A DNA stretch of 52,487 nucleotides from Eubacteriales bacterium (GTDB lineage Bacteria; Bacillota; Clostridia; Oscillospirales; CAG-272): assembly GCA_045587025.1 (NCBI GenBank), contig JAZNBK010000044.1:1-52487 (forward strand), given 5' to 3'. Positions 11,100-21,388 of this stretch are shown here, piece after piece. Below the pieces are notes generated by a model. It was not told the DNA's origin and did not search any database. It saw nothing but the letters and a program-made list of their open reading frames with translations. How positions within the stretch are numbered: the first letter of the stretch is position 1; every line of letters starts with the position of its first letter. The position numbers were made by a program, and so were the translations under genes.

Positions 11100-13295
11100 A
11101 TGGGAAGAAAGAAGAAAGAAGAAATTAAAGAAATTTTGCCTGAAGCAGAGATTACCATTCAGCCGATAACGGAGACGCTGGAAAAAAACTATATGCCGTA
11201 CGTAATGAGCGTAATAATCTCTCGCGCAATACCTGAAATAGACGGTTTTAAGCCGTCGCACAGAAAGCTGCTTTATACTATGTATAAAATGGGGTTGTTG
11301 ACAGGGCAGAGGACGAAAAGCGCAAACGTCGTAGGTCAAACGATGAAGCTGAATCCGCACGGCGATGCTTCAATATACGAAACGATGGTTCGACTTACGA
11401 GGGGTAACGAAGCGTTACTGCACCCTTTTATAGATTCCAAGGGAAGCTTCGGTAAGCAATACAGCAGAGATATGGCGTACGCTGCGTCGAGGTATACCGA
11501 GGTAAAGCTCGATCCCTTTTGCGCTGAACTTTTTAAGGGTATTGATAAAAATGCGGTAGACCTCGTTCCTAACTATGATAATACTATGGAAGAGCCATCC
11601 ATTTTGCCTACTACCTTTCCGAACGTATTGGTCTCGCCAAACCTTGGTATTGCGGTAGGTATGACCTCCTCTATTTGTTCCTTTAACCTTTCAGAGATTT
11701 GCGACGGTACAATTGCGTTGCTCAAAAATCCCAATATAAGTACCGAAAAGCTTATGGAAATCATAAAAGCCCCCGATTTTCCCGGCGGCGGACTTCTCGT
11801 TTATGAAAAGGAAAAGATGAAGCGGGTCTTTGAGACGGGTGTCGGAAGCATAAAGCTTCGCGCCAGATATTCCTACGATAAGGCGAATAATTCCATTGAT
11901 ATATTGCAAATTCCTTATTCTTCCTGTATAGAAGCGATTATGAATAAGGTGTCAGAATTAATGAAGGCGGGAAGAGTAAAGGAAATTTCAGATTTCCGTG
12001 ACGCTATTGACTTGAACGGATTTAAGCTGACACTCGATTTAAGAAAGGGCTCAAATCCCGAAAAGGTAATGGCGAAGCTCTATAAAATGACTCCTCTTGA
12101 ATCTAATTTCGACTGCAACTTCAACGTTCTGATAAACGGAGCGCCGAGATTGCTCGGCGTAGCAGATATCCTCAAAGAGTGGATTCTTTTCCGCTCTAAC
12201 TGCGTAAAGAGAGAGCTTACGTTCGATTTGGAAAGGAAGAGAGAAAAGCTCCACTTGCTTTTGGGACTTTCTCTTATATTGCTTGATATTGATAAAGCGA
12301 TAGAAATAATTCGGGGTACGAAAAAAGAAGAGGACGTCGTGCCGAATTTGATGAAGGGCTTTTCACTTTCAGAGGTACAGGCGGAGTATATTGCTGAAAT
12401 TAAATTAAGGCATTTGAACCATGAGTATCTGTTAAAGCGAGCGCAGGAAATTGAAAATCTCCAAAAGGAGATAGCCGATATTGAGGCGATACTTGCGGAC
12501 GAGCTTAAAATTCGGGCGTATATCGCAGGACAGCTCTTTGAAGTTAAGAAAAAATACGGAAAGCAAAGAAAAACTCAACTCATAGGAGAAGAAGAGATTG
12601 AGACGATAGACGAGGAAGAGCTTTTCGAGGAAAATTATAACGTCCGTCTCGTTGTTACGCACGACGGATATATGAAGAAAATTACTATGCAGTCCCTTCG
12701 CGGAAACGACGAGCAGAAGTTAAAGGAAGGAGATTATATCGTTTACAGCGAGGATACCGATAATAAGGGAGATATGATTTTCTTCACCAACAAGGCGCAG
12801 GTATACAGGGCAAAAGTTTCTGACTTTGAACAGCAGAAGGCGTCATCGCTCGGAGAATTTTTACCTGCTAAGCTCAACATGGAGGATGGCGAATATCCTC
12901 TTATGTCAAAAATGATTTATAATTATAATCCATCTCATCATATCGTTATCATTTTTGAAAACGGAAAGGGAGTAAGAGTTCCTTTGGGCGCGTATGAAAC
13001 GAAGGGAAATAGAAAGAAGCTAACCTCTGCTTTCTCTACCGCATCTCCTGCCGTAGCTGTTTTCTATGAGGACAAGCCGTTTGAGCTTTTACTTATAAAC
13101 AATAAAAATAAAGGTATCGTTATTGATAGCTCGCTCATTCCTGTCAAGTCGACGAAAACGTCGGTGGGAGTCACACTCTTGAGCTTGAAGAAGGGCGAAA
13201 AAGTGCAAATTGCCACAAACGACGAAGCCAGAGTGAAAAAAGCGACGGGCTGCCGAAAACGCAAAATTCCTTCTACGGCAAGCTCGTTAAAATAA
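11100..13295 (+). CDS. Type IIA topoisomerase subunit A, ParC-like
   Basis: SRAIPEIDGFKP, PHGDASIY, catalytic AASRYT; shortened CTD with no GyrA box seen. Confidence 0.85.
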   Translation: MGRKKKEEIKEILPEAEITIQPITETLEKNYMPYVMSVIISRAIPEIDGFKPSHRKLLYTMYKMGLLTGQRTKSANVVGQTMKLNPHGDASIYETMVRLTRGNEALLHPFIDSKGSFGKQYSRDMAYAASRYTEVKLDPFCAELFKGIDKNAVDLVPNYDNTMEEPSILPTTFPNVLVSPNLGIAVGMTSSICSFNLSEICDGTIALLKNPNISTEKLMEIIKAPDFPGGGLLVYEKEKMKRVFETGVGSIKLRARYSYDKANNSIDILQIPYSSCIEAIMNKVSELMKAGRVKEISDFRDAIDLNGFKLTLDLRKGSNPEKVMAKLYKMTPLESNFDCNFNVLINGAPRLLGVADILKEWILFRSNCVKRELTFDLERKREKLHLLLGLSLILLDIDKAIEIIRGTKKEEDVVPNLMKGFSLSEVQAEYIAEIKLRHLNHEYLLKRAQEIENLQKEIADIEAILADELKIRAYIAGQLFEVKKKYGKQRKTQLIGEEEIETIDEEELFEENYNVRLVVTHDGYMKKITMQSLRGNDEQKLKEGDYIVYSEDTDNKGDMIFFTNKAQVYRAKVSDFEQQKASSLGEFLPAKLNMEDGEYPLMSKMIYNYNPSHHIVIIFENGKGVRVPLGAYETKGNRKKLTSAFSTASPAVAVFYEDKPFELLLINNKNKGIVIDSSLIPVKSTKTSVGVTLLSLKKGEKVQIATNDEARVKKATGCRKRKIPSTASSLK

Positions 13296-13307
13296 CAATT
13301 TCAAGTA

Positions 13308-13338
13308 TGGAGCATATACAATTTTTGTATATGCTCCA
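13308..13338 (+). terminator. Hairpin / probable terminator
   Basis: tggagcatataca-atttt-tgtatatgctcca perfect stem, T-rich tract downstream. Confidence 0.65.
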
Positions 13339-13403
13339 ATGTATTTTTTATATGTAAATTAGAGATAATAAGCCACAACAAATATATTTTGAAAGGATAC
13401 AAA

Positions 13404-14735
13404 ATGAAAAAATATAAAATTCTTTTGGCTCTGTTGTCACTATCTCTACTTTTACCCACGCTTTTTTCCTGCGGTAAAAAAAGCGAAGATTCAATTTATT
13501 ATCTGAACTTTAAGCCGGAGGTCGCGTCGGTATATAACGATATTGCAGAAGCGTATAAGCAGGAAACAGGCGTAGATTTACGTGTCGTCACGGCGGCGTC
13601 GGGTACGTACGAGCAAACGCTGAAATCAGAAATAGGAAAAAAAGAAGCTCCTACGATATTTACGATAAACGGCCCAATGGGCTTCGCCTCCTGGCGCGAT
13701 TATTGCGCCGATTTGAGCGATACCGAACTTTATAAGCACTTAACCGATAAGAGTATGTGTATTTCCGAGGGTAATGCCGTTTACGGTATTCCTGCGGTCG
13801 TAGAGGGATACGGAATAATTTATAATCAAGCCCTCGTAAACAAATATTTCTCACTTGCGAACAGACAAAAGACGGTAAACTCAATAGAAGAAATAAATGA
13901 TTTTGACAGTTTAAAGACGGTAGTAGAGGACATGACGAAATTGAAGAGCGAGCTTGGAATTGACGGCGTTTTTGCCTCTACGTCACTGCAATCGGGCGAG
14001 GATTGGCGCTGGCAAACGCATCTTGCAAACGTTCCGATATATTACGAGCTGATAAACGGAAATAAAAATTTGGCAGATCCTGAAGCTACAAAGGAAATAA
14101 GCTTTAGTTACAGCGATAATTTCAAGAATATTTTCGACCTTTATATAAATAACTCTACTACCGACAAAAAATTACTCGGAAGTAAGCAGGTAGCAGACTC
14201 AATGGCGGAATTTGCTCTCGGCAAGTGCGTAATGGTTCAAAACGGAAACTGGGCGTGGAGTCAAATTAACGATATCGCGGGAAACGTAGTAAAAAAGGAA
14301 GATATTAAATTTATGCCTATTTATACGGGTATGGAGCAGGATTCTTCGCAGGGGCTTTGTATAGGCACTGAGAATTTTTTGTGCATAAATTCAAAGGCGA
14401 CGCCTGAGGAGCAAAAGAGAGCCGCAGATTTTCTCTATTGGCTTTATTCAAGCGATACGGGAAAAGAATTTGTGACCGAAAAGCTAAATTTTATTACGCC
14501 TTTTGACACCTTTGAGGCTTCGGAAAGGTCGAAGGATCCGCTTTCTCTTCAGGTGAGTGAATGGATTGAAAAAAAGGATATAACGACTATACCGTGGAAT
14601 TTTACGCTGTTTCCAAGCCAGAATTTCAAAAGTGATTTTGGCTCGGCGCTTTTGCAATACGCTCAGGGGAATATGACGTGGGAGCAGGTAAAGGAAACCT
14701 TTGTAACAAGGTGGAAAGAGGAAGCGGGCGCATAA
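13404..14735 (+). CDS. Sugar ABC transporter substrate-binding lipoprotein
   Basis: Lipobox LFSC, YYLNFKPE, AASGTYEQTL, QNGNWAW; precedes two permeases and malQ. Confidence 0.9.
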   Translation: MKKYKILLALLSLSLLLPTLFSCGKKSEDSIYYLNFKPEVASVYNDIAEAYKQETGVDLRVVTAASGTYEQTLKSEIGKKEAPTIFTINGPMGFASWRDYCADLSDTELYKHLTDKSMCISEGNAVYGIPAVVEGYGIIYNQALVNKYFSLANRQKTVNSIEEINDFDSLKTVVEDMTKLKSELGIDGVFASTSLQSGEDWRWQTHLANVPIYYELINGNKNLADPEATKEISFSYSDNFKNIFDLYINNSTTDKKLLGSKQVADSMAEFALGKCVMVQNGNWAWSQINDIAGNVVKKEDIKFMPIYTGMEQDSSQGLCIGTENFLCINSKATPEEQKRAADFLYWLYSSDTGKEFVTEKLNFITPFDTFEASERSKDPLSLQVSEWIEKKDITTIPWNFTLFPSQNFKSDFGSALLQYAQGNMTWEQVKETFVTRWKEEAGA

Positions 14736-14736
14736 A

Positions 14737-15579
14737 ATGCAAAAGACGTTAAAAAAGTATTTTCCCGTTTTTATTCTCCCTACCTTTGTTGCCTTTTCTA
14801 TCGCCTTTTTGGTGCCGTTTATTATGGGCGTCTATCTATCGTTTACCGAATTTACTACCGTTTCAAACGCAAAATGGGTTGGAATTAAGAACTATATCGA
14901 ATTGTTTACTGCAAACAGAGATTTCTTAAATGCTCTTTGGTTTACCGTGAAATTCACCGTCGTGTCGATAATAACGATTAACATCAGCGCGTTTGCGCTT
15001 GCGTTACTTTTGACACGTGGGATAAGAGGCACTAATTTCTTTCGTACAGTATTTTTTATGCCTAATCTCATCGGCGGAATAGTTCTTGGATATATATGGC
15101 AGTTGATTATAAACGGAATATTGCGCGGAATAGGTGTGGATATTACCTATTCCGCCACCTATGGCTTTTGGGGATTAGTTGTGCTCACCAACTGGCAGCT
15201 TATAGGATATATGATGATAATTTATATTGCAGGAATACAAAATATACCGTCTGAAATGCAGGAGGTAGCTTCTATCGACGGAGCGGGGTATTGGCAGACC
15301 TTGAAGCATATAACGATACCGCTTGTAAAGCCATCAATTGCCATATGTACTTTTTTAACTCTAACGAATTCATTTAAAATGTTTGACCAAAATTTTGCGT
15401 TGACGGGCGGAGCGCCCGGTAAAGAGACCTCAATGCTTGCCCTCGATATATTTCAAACGTTTTACGGAAGCGTTGGCAGCGAGGGAATAGGACAGGCGAA
15501 GGCGGTTATTTTCTTTATAATGGTTGCAATAATTGCGGGAATTCAATTGAAAATTACGTCAGATAAAGAGGTATATTGA
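14737..15579 (+). CDS. Carbohydrate ABC transporter permease (MalF-like)
   Basis: Multiple TM segments, EVASIDGA (EAA loop). Confidence 0.9.
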   Translation: MQKTLKKYFPVFILPTFVAFSIAFLVPFIMGVYLSFTEFTTVSNAKWVGIKNYIELFTANRDFLNALWFTVKFTVVSIITINISAFALALLLTRGIRGTNFFRTVFFMPNLIGGIVLGYIWQLIINGILRGIGVDITYSATYGFWGLVVLTNWQLIGYMMIIYIAGIQNIPSEMQEVASIDGAGYWQTLKHITIPLVKPSIAICTFLTLTNSFKMFDQNFALTGGAPGKETSMLALDIFQTFYGSVGSEGIGQAKAVIFFIMVAIIAGIQLKITSDKEVY

Positions 15580-16413
15580 TTGAATACTAAAAGAAAAACT
15601 TATATCATAATAGAAATATTTCTGATACTGTTGGCGGTGGCGTTCGTTCTGCCTATAATTATCGTGGCGATAAACTCGTTTAAAGGGCAGTTTTATATAT
15701 CGGCAGCACCGTTCAAATTGCCAAATGCTGAAACGTTCGTAGGGCTGCAAAATTATACGAACGGCGTAGAACGAATTGACTTCTTCATGTCTTTTGCATA
15801 TTCGCTTTTTATAACAGTGTTCTCAACCTTTGCAATTTTGCTTTTTTCGTCAATGAGCGCTTGGTATATCACGCGTTTTAACAGAAGCGTGACGAAAATC
15901 CTTTATTATTTATACGTTTTCAGTATTATAGTCCCATTCCAAATGGTAATGTTCACAATGTCAAAGGTGGCGAACAGCTTGGGACTTGAAAATCCCGTCG
16001 GAATTATTCTGATATATCTCGGGTTTGGCGCGGGATTATCGGTCTTGCTCTTTAGCGGATTTGTAAAAAGTATGCCTATCGCAATAGAAGAAGCGGCGGA
16101 GATAGACGGTTGTAATCCCATCACGATGTTTTTTAAGGTCGTTTTTCCTATTTTACGGCCTACCGCTATAAGCGTCGCCGTCTTGAACGTCATGTGGATA
16201 TGGAATGACTATCTTTTGCCGTATTTAGTGATCGGCTCAAAGTATAGGACCATACCCGTCGCCGTGCAATATTTGCAGGGCGGATACGGCTCGCGAGATA
16301 TGGGCGCGTTAATGGCAATGCTTATTTTAGCAATAATTCCGATTATAGTTTTCTATTCATTTTCGCAAAAATATATTATAAAAGGCGTAGTGTCGGGCGC
16401 AGTAAAGGGTTAA
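15580..16413 (+). CDS. Carbohydrate ABC transporter permease (MalG-like)
   Basis: EEAAEIDGC, WNDYLLP, C-terminal GAVKG. Confidence 0.9.
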   Translation: MNTKRKTYIIIEIFLILLAVAFVLPIIIVAINSFKGQFYISAAPFKLPNAETFVGLQNYTNGVERIDFFMSFAYSLFITVFSTFAILLFSSMSAWYITRFNRSVTKILYYLYVFSIIVPFQMVMFTMSKVANSLGLENPVGIILIYLGFGAGLSVLLFSGFVKSMPIAIEEAAEIDGCNPITMFFKVVFPILRPTAISVAVLNVMWIWNDYLLPYLVIGSKYRTIPVAVQYLQGGYGSRDMGALMAMLILAIIPIIVFYSFSQKYIIKGVVSGAVKG

Positions 16414-16426
16414 ATAGGGAACACTT

Positions 16427-17908
16427 ATGAAAAAACAAGAACGCTTTGAACGTGGAGCGGGAGTTCTGCTTCCTATTTTTTCCTTACCGTCAGACGGAGG
16501 AATTGGTTGTTTTGATAATCAGGCGTATAAATTTGTGGATTTTTTACACGAAGCAGGGCAAAAATATTGGCAAATACTGCCCTTAAATCCTACGGGATAC
16601 GGCGATAGCCCTTATCAAAGCAGCTGCGCTTTTGCAGGTAATCCTTATTTTGTAAACTTGGAGGAAATATTATCGGCAGAAGAATATAGCAAGCAGGAAA
16701 AGACCTTTTCTGAATATATTGATTACAAAAAATTATACGAAAACCGCATAAATATAATGCGGCAGAACTTTTTCGGCATCCCAAAAAAGTCGGAAAGCGA
16801 ATATAGAAGATTTTGCGAGAGCAATTCTTTTTGGCTAGACGAATTTTCGGTGTTTATGACGGTAAAGGAAAAAAACAAAAACCGGATATGGTGCGATTGG
16901 GAGCACGAGGGATTAAGAAACCACGATGAAAATGCAATTTTTGAATTTTCGCAGGAAAACAAATTCGAAATAGAATTTTGGAAATATATTCAATTTTTGT
17001 TTTTTTCTCAATGGAATTCTTTAAAAAGATATGCAAACGAGAGAGATATCTCTATAATAGGCGATATTCCTATCTACGTCTCGCTCGACAGCAGTGACGT
17101 TTGGGCGAACAGGGAGTTTTTTCTATTACATTCTGACGGCTGTCCCGTAGAGGTCGCGGGAGTGCCACCCGATAAATTCTCAGACGACGGTCAGCTGTGG
17201 GGAAATCCTATATACAATTGGAAAGCCCTTGAGGAAAAGGATTTTTATTGGTGGAAAAAAAGATTGGAAACGTGCTCGTATTTATACGATGCGATAAGAA
17301 TTGACCACTTTATCGGAATAGTAAATTATTATTCTATTCCGTATCGAGCGAAAACAGCCAAAAACGGCAGGTGGCACAAATCTCCGGGAGAAAAGCTAAT
17401 ATCCTCATTCGCTGATATTGATAACATCAAAATAATCGCGGAAAATCTCGGAAACGTCACCGAGGAAGTCACGTTGCTTTTAGAGAAGTCGGGTTACCCC
17501 GGGATGAAGATATTGGAATTTGCGTTTTCAGGAGATGAAACGAACGGTAATCTGCCGCATAATTTTGAGCAAAATTCGGTAGTATACGGCGGAACTCACG
17601 ATAACCAAACGCTCGTTGGATATTTTTCGGGCTGTAACGAAAATGAATTAAATTTCGCCTGTGAATATCTGAATATAAAAAACAAAAGCCCCGCCGTAAT
17701 TTCAAAGGAAATTATACGGGCAGGGCTTTCAAGCGTTGCCGATATTTCTATCTTTTCAATTCAGGATTATCTGGGGCTTGACGACAGGGCGAGAATAAAC
17801 GTTCCGTCGGTAGCCGAGGGAAATTGGCGCTGGCGCGTTTCCGAGAAGAAAATAACGCCAAAGCTTGCGGGGGAAATAAAAAACCTGTGCAGAAATTATA
17901 ACAGATAA
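16427..17908 (+). CDS. malQ: 4-alpha-glucanotransferase (GH77)
   Basis: WQILPLNP, GDIPIYV, GVPPD, GQLWGNP, RIDHF, THDN. Confidence 0.95.
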   Translation: MKKQERFERGAGVLLPIFSLPSDGGIGCFDNQAYKFVDFLHEAGQKYWQILPLNPTGYGDSPYQSSCAFAGNPYFVNLEEILSAEEYSKQEKTFSEYIDYKKLYENRINIMRQNFFGIPKKSESEYRRFCESNSFWLDEFSVFMTVKEKNKNRIWCDWEHEGLRNHDENAIFEFSQENKFEIEFWKYIQFLFFSQWNSLKRYANERDISIIGDIPIYVSLDSSDVWANREFFLLHSDGCPVEVAGVPPDKFSDDGQLWGNPIYNWKALEEKDFYWWKKRLETCSYLYDAIRIDHFIGIVNYYSIPYRAKTAKNGRWHKSPGEKLISSFADIDNIKIIAENLGNVTEEVTLLLEKSGYPGMKILEFAFSGDETNGNLPHNFEQNSVVYGGTHDNQTLVGYFSGCNENELNFACEYLNIKNKSPAVISKEIIRAGLSSVADISIFSIQDYLGLDDRARINVPSVAEGNWRWRVSEKKITPKLAGEIKNLCRNYNR

Positions 17909-17909
17909 A

Positions 17910-18845
17910 TCAGACGTATAAAAGCAGGGCAATTATAGGCATAGTTAGAATTGACAAAATTGTGGAGATCGAGACGATTTTGCTTGCATACGGAGAATTG
18001 CCGTCGTAAAGCTCTGCAAACATTGAGGTAGCGGTTGCCACAGGGGTGGCGGAACAGAGAAGTGTTACCGTCATCACCGTGGGATCGTTGTATCCGCAGA
18101 TAGAAGCTAGCTTCAGAATTCCCCAAACAAGAGTCGGGATAATCAACATTCTGAGCGCTAAAAATTTATACATCTTAAGATCCTTGAAAACGCCTTTTAT
18201 ATCTATTTTTGAGAGCTGTAATCCTATCAAAAGCATAGATAGCGGAGCGACCATATCCTTTAACGCAACAAGCAAATTATTTACCACATTCGGCACGTAT
18301 TGATTTATAGGCAGGAAGAAGAATAAAAGGCCAATAATCGTAGAAATCGTGGCAGGATTTAAGAGTGCTTTTTTTATCGAAATATATTTTTTGTCCTCGG
18401 TAAAGATGTAACATCCGATTGTCCAGAAAAAAACGTTGAAAATGATTACGTAAATTGAAGCGTATATAGTCGCCTCATCACCCAAAATGCTCTTTATAAG
18501 AGGTATTCCCATATAACCCGCATTGGTGAAAATCGTCGCAAATCTGAAAATCTGGCGAAGGTCACGGGGGTATGCTTTGTATAAAGAAAAGCTAATTAAA
18601 GCGAAAATTATATGCACGACGATAGAAAACAGTAAGACTGCGATAGCGCGGAAAAGGATTTCTCGGTCGAAGTCTCGTATATAAGCGTATACGATAAGAG
18701 CCGGTTGTGTTATATAAAGAATAAGATTTGCTATCCCTTTTCCAAACAATTCGTTAGATAATCCGAATTTTGACATCAACACGCCCGGAATTATCATTAA
18801 AAGCAAAAGCAAAACGCTGTTAAAAAGGGTTGGAATGTCTATCAT
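17910..18845 (-). CDS. AEC (auxin efflux carrier) family transporter
   Basis: ~10 TM helices, NAGYMGIP, LLNP, PLSMLLIG. Confidence 0.85.
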   Translation of the reverse strand: MIDIPTLFNSVLLLLLMIIPGVLMSKFGLSNELFGKGIANLILYITQPALIVYAYIRDFDREILFRAIAVLLFSIVVHIIFALISFSLYKAYPRDLRQIFRFATIFTNAGYMGIPLIKSILGDEATIYASIYVIIFNVFFWTIGCYIFTEDKKYISIKKALLNPATISTIIGLLFFFLPINQYVPNVVNNLLVALKDMVAPLSMLLIGLQLSKIDIKGVFKDLKMYKFLALRMLIIPTLVWGILKLASICGYNDPTVMTVTLLCSATPVATATSMFAELYDGNSPYASKIVSISTILSILTMPIIALLLYV

Positions 18846-18969
18846 AAATACACCGCCTAATCAAACTTAATTTTAACAGAAAGAATTATAGCACATTTTC
18901 TCCTGTTTATCAATCTTTTTTTATATTATTATCACTTTATTATAAAAAACAAATAATTTCAAAAAAGTA

Positions 18970-18998
18970 TTGATTTTTATAATAAAATGTACTATAAT
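18970..18998 (+). promoter_or_regulatory. Sigma-A promoter of serS leader
   Basis: TTGATT-17 bp-TATAAT. Confidence 0.7.
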
Positions 18999-19004
18999 TA
19001 ATAT

Positions 19005-19223
19005 TGATGTTGATGAAAGCTATCAATGAAATTTCGAGCGAAGAGAGCTGTCGGTCGGTGTAAGGCAGAGTCGTGTTTCTTGTATCCACTTTCGTAGTCG
19101 TCGGCGAGAGCCGAAGGGTGTGCCCTTTACAGCACGTTTGAGTGGTCGGAAATTTCCGACAATTTGGGTGGCAACACGGAGTTTTTCGTCCCATTTTTAT
19201 GTGGCGGAGACTCTTATTTTTTT
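19005..19223 (+). promoter_or_regulatory. T-box riboswitch (Ser specifier)
   Basis: AGAGA and GGTG stem-I motifs, TCC (Ser) specifier at 19085-19087, T-box aatttgggtggcaacacgg at 19161-19179, terminator plus T-run before serS. Confidence 0.9.
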
Positions 19224-19255
19224 ATCTATAATTTATCTGTAAATGGAGGACAAAA

Positions 19256-20542
19256 ATGTTAGATTTGAGATTTGTTCGAGAAAATCCTGAGCTCGTAAAG
19301 GAAAATATTAAAAAGAAATTTCAGGATAATAAGCTTCCTCTCGTTGACGAGGTAATCGTTCTCGACGAGGAGAACAGAAAAACAAAGCAAAAGGCGGACG
19401 AGCTTCGCGCTAACAGAAATAAGTATTCCAAGATGATTGGCGGACTTATGGCGCAGGGCAAGAGAGAAGAAGCCGAGGAAATGAAGAAGAAGGTTACCGA
19501 GCAGTCGGAGCTGCTTGCGCAGTGCGAGCAGAAGGAAGCTGAGCTTGATGAGAAAATCAAGAAGATAATGATGACTATCCCTAACATCATTGATCCGTCC
19601 GTACCGATAGGTAAGGATGACAGTGAAAACGTTGAGGTGGAAAAGTTCGGAGAGCCGATAGTGCCCGATTTTGAAGTACCTTATCACACCGATATTATGG
19701 AAAGATTCTGCGGAATTGACCTTGATAGCGCAAGACGTGTGGCAGGAAACGGCTTCTATTACTTAATGGGCGACATCGCGCGCCTTCACTCCGCCGTAAT
19801 CTCTTACGCAAGAGATTTTATGATAGACAGGGGCTTTACCTATTGCGTACCGCCTTTTATGATCAGAAGCGACGTAGTTACGGGCGTTATGAGCTTTGCG
19901 GAAATGGACGCAATGATGTATAAGATAGAGGGCGAGGATCTCTATTTGATTGGAACGAGTGAGCACTCGATGATAGGTAAATTTATAGATAGAATAATTC
20001 CTGAGGAAGAATTGCCGCACACGCTTACGAGCTATTCTCCCTGCTTCCGTAAGGAAAAGGGCGCTCACGGCTTGGAGGAGCGCGGAGTTTATAGAATTCA
20101 CCAATTCGAGAAACAGGAAATGATAGTCGTTTGTAAGCCGGAGGATAGCAAGGCGTGGTTTGAAAAGCTCTGGCAGAACACGGTTGACCTTTTCCGCACT
20201 CTCGACATTCCCGTGAGAACTCTTGAGTGCTGCTCGGGCGATTTGGCAGATTTGAAGGTGAAATCTATCGACGTAGAAGCGTGGTCGCCGAGACAGAACA
20301 AATATTTCGAGGTTGGTAGCTGCTCCAATTTGGGAGACGCGCAGGCGAGACGTCTGAAAATTCGTGTAAACGGAAAAGACGGTAAGTATTTTGCTCATAC
20401 ATTGAATAATACGGTTGTTGCTCCTCCGAGAATGCTTATCGCTTTCCTTGAGAACAACCTCAATGCAGACGGCTCCGTTAATATCCCCGTAGCATTGCGC
20501 TCATATATGGGTGGAAAAGATAAGCTTATTCCCAAAAAATAA
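19256..20542 (+). CDS. serS: Seryl-tRNA synthetase
   Basis: N-terminal coiled coil, LIGTSE, CFRKEKG, HQFEKQE, EVGSCSN, HTLNNT. Confidence 0.97.
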   Translation: MLDLRFVRENPELVKENIKKKFQDNKLPLVDEVIVLDEENRKTKQKADELRANRNKYSKMIGGLMAQGKREEAEEMKKKVTEQSELLAQCEQKEAELDEKIKKIMMTIPNIIDPSVPIGKDDSENVEVEKFGEPIVPDFEVPYHTDIMERFCGIDLDSARRVAGNGFYYLMGDIARLHSAVISYARDFMIDRGFTYCVPPFMIRSDVVTGVMSFAEMDAMMYKIEGEDLYLIGTSEHSMIGKFIDRIIPEEELPHTLTSYSPCFRKEKGAHGLEERGVYRIHQFEKQEMIVVCKPEDSKAWFEKLWQNTVDLFRTLDIPVRTLECCSGDLADLKVKSIDVEAWSPRQNKYFEVGSCSNLGDAQARRLKIRVNGKDGKYFAHTLNNTVVAPPRMLIAFLENNLNADGSVNIPVALRSYMGGKDKLIPKK

Positions 20543-20608
20543 AGAAAAGCGATATAAAATATCTTTAATTTAAGTGCCTTTTTGGATTTTAACGAGGAGG
20601 GTGTAATT

Positions 20609-21361
20609 ATGCACAAAAAAATTAATACGGAAAATGCGCCAAAGGCGATAGGACCGTATTCACAGGCGACGGTAATCGGTGACTTTGTCTTTACGTCAGG
20701 TCAGATAGCGATAAATCCCGAGACGAATGAGCTTGTCGGAAATACTATTAAAGAACAAACGCATATGGTTTGCCGTAATTTAAAGGCAATTCTTGCTGCG
20801 GCGGGAAGCTCTTTGGATATGGTTATAAAATGTGTATGCTATCTTAGTGATATTGCGGATTTTGCGAGCTTTAATCAGGTCTATTCCGAGTATTTCACAA
20901 ATAAGCCCGCGCGTTCCTGCGTTGCCGTAAAGGACCTTCCGAAAGGTGCGTTGGTAGAGATAGAGGTGGTCGCCGAAAAGGGCAAAAACGAGGACGATGA
21001 CGAAAAAATCGTTATAGACGGTCTCGAAACGTTGGATTTCAGTAAAGAGGGCTATAAGCGCACGGCTCAATTTGAAAATTGGGTTGTCGCTACTATGGCT
21101 TATTCAAGACAAAATGACGAGAGATACAGCAATTATATCGAACGCCATATGAAAACAGACGAGGTTCTGATTCTTTTTGAGGGAGAAGCAACCCTTATCA
21201 TAGGTATGGAGATGCACAGAGTGCAGATGGAGAAGAATAAAATTTATAACGTTAAAAGAGGCGTTTGGCATACTGTAATATTAAAGGAAGACGCCAAGGT
21301 TATTGTGGTCGAAAATTCCAATACCTCAAAAGAGAACAGCGAATATTACTATTACAAATAA
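20609..21361 (+). CDS. RidA family protein fused to a C-terminal cupin-like domain
   Basis: APKAIGPYSQA..SGQI..PARSCVAV..LPKGALVEIE followed in frame by ERHMKTDE..YNVKRGVWH (cupin motifs). Confidence 0.8.
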   Translation: MHKKINTENAPKAIGPYSQATVIGDFVFTSGQIAINPETNELVGNTIKEQTHMVCRNLKAILAAAGSSLDMVIKCVCYLSDIADFASFNQVYSEYFTNKPARSCVAVKDLPKGALVEIEVVAEKGKNEDDDEKIVIDGLETLDFSKEGYKRTAQFENWVVATMAYSRQNDERYSNYIERHMKTDEVLILFEGEATLIIGMEMHRVQMEKNKIYNVKRGVWHTVILKEDAKVIVVENSNTSKENSEYYYYK

Positions 21362-21388
21362 TGAAAATATGTTGTGGGAAGTAGAAAA

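Noticed and set aside
18940-19194. 84-aa minus-strand ORF
   Set aside because: Antisense to the T-box leader; no RBS
21362-21388. SAM riboswitch or T-box before metF
   Set aside because: Intergenic gap is under 30 bp; no room
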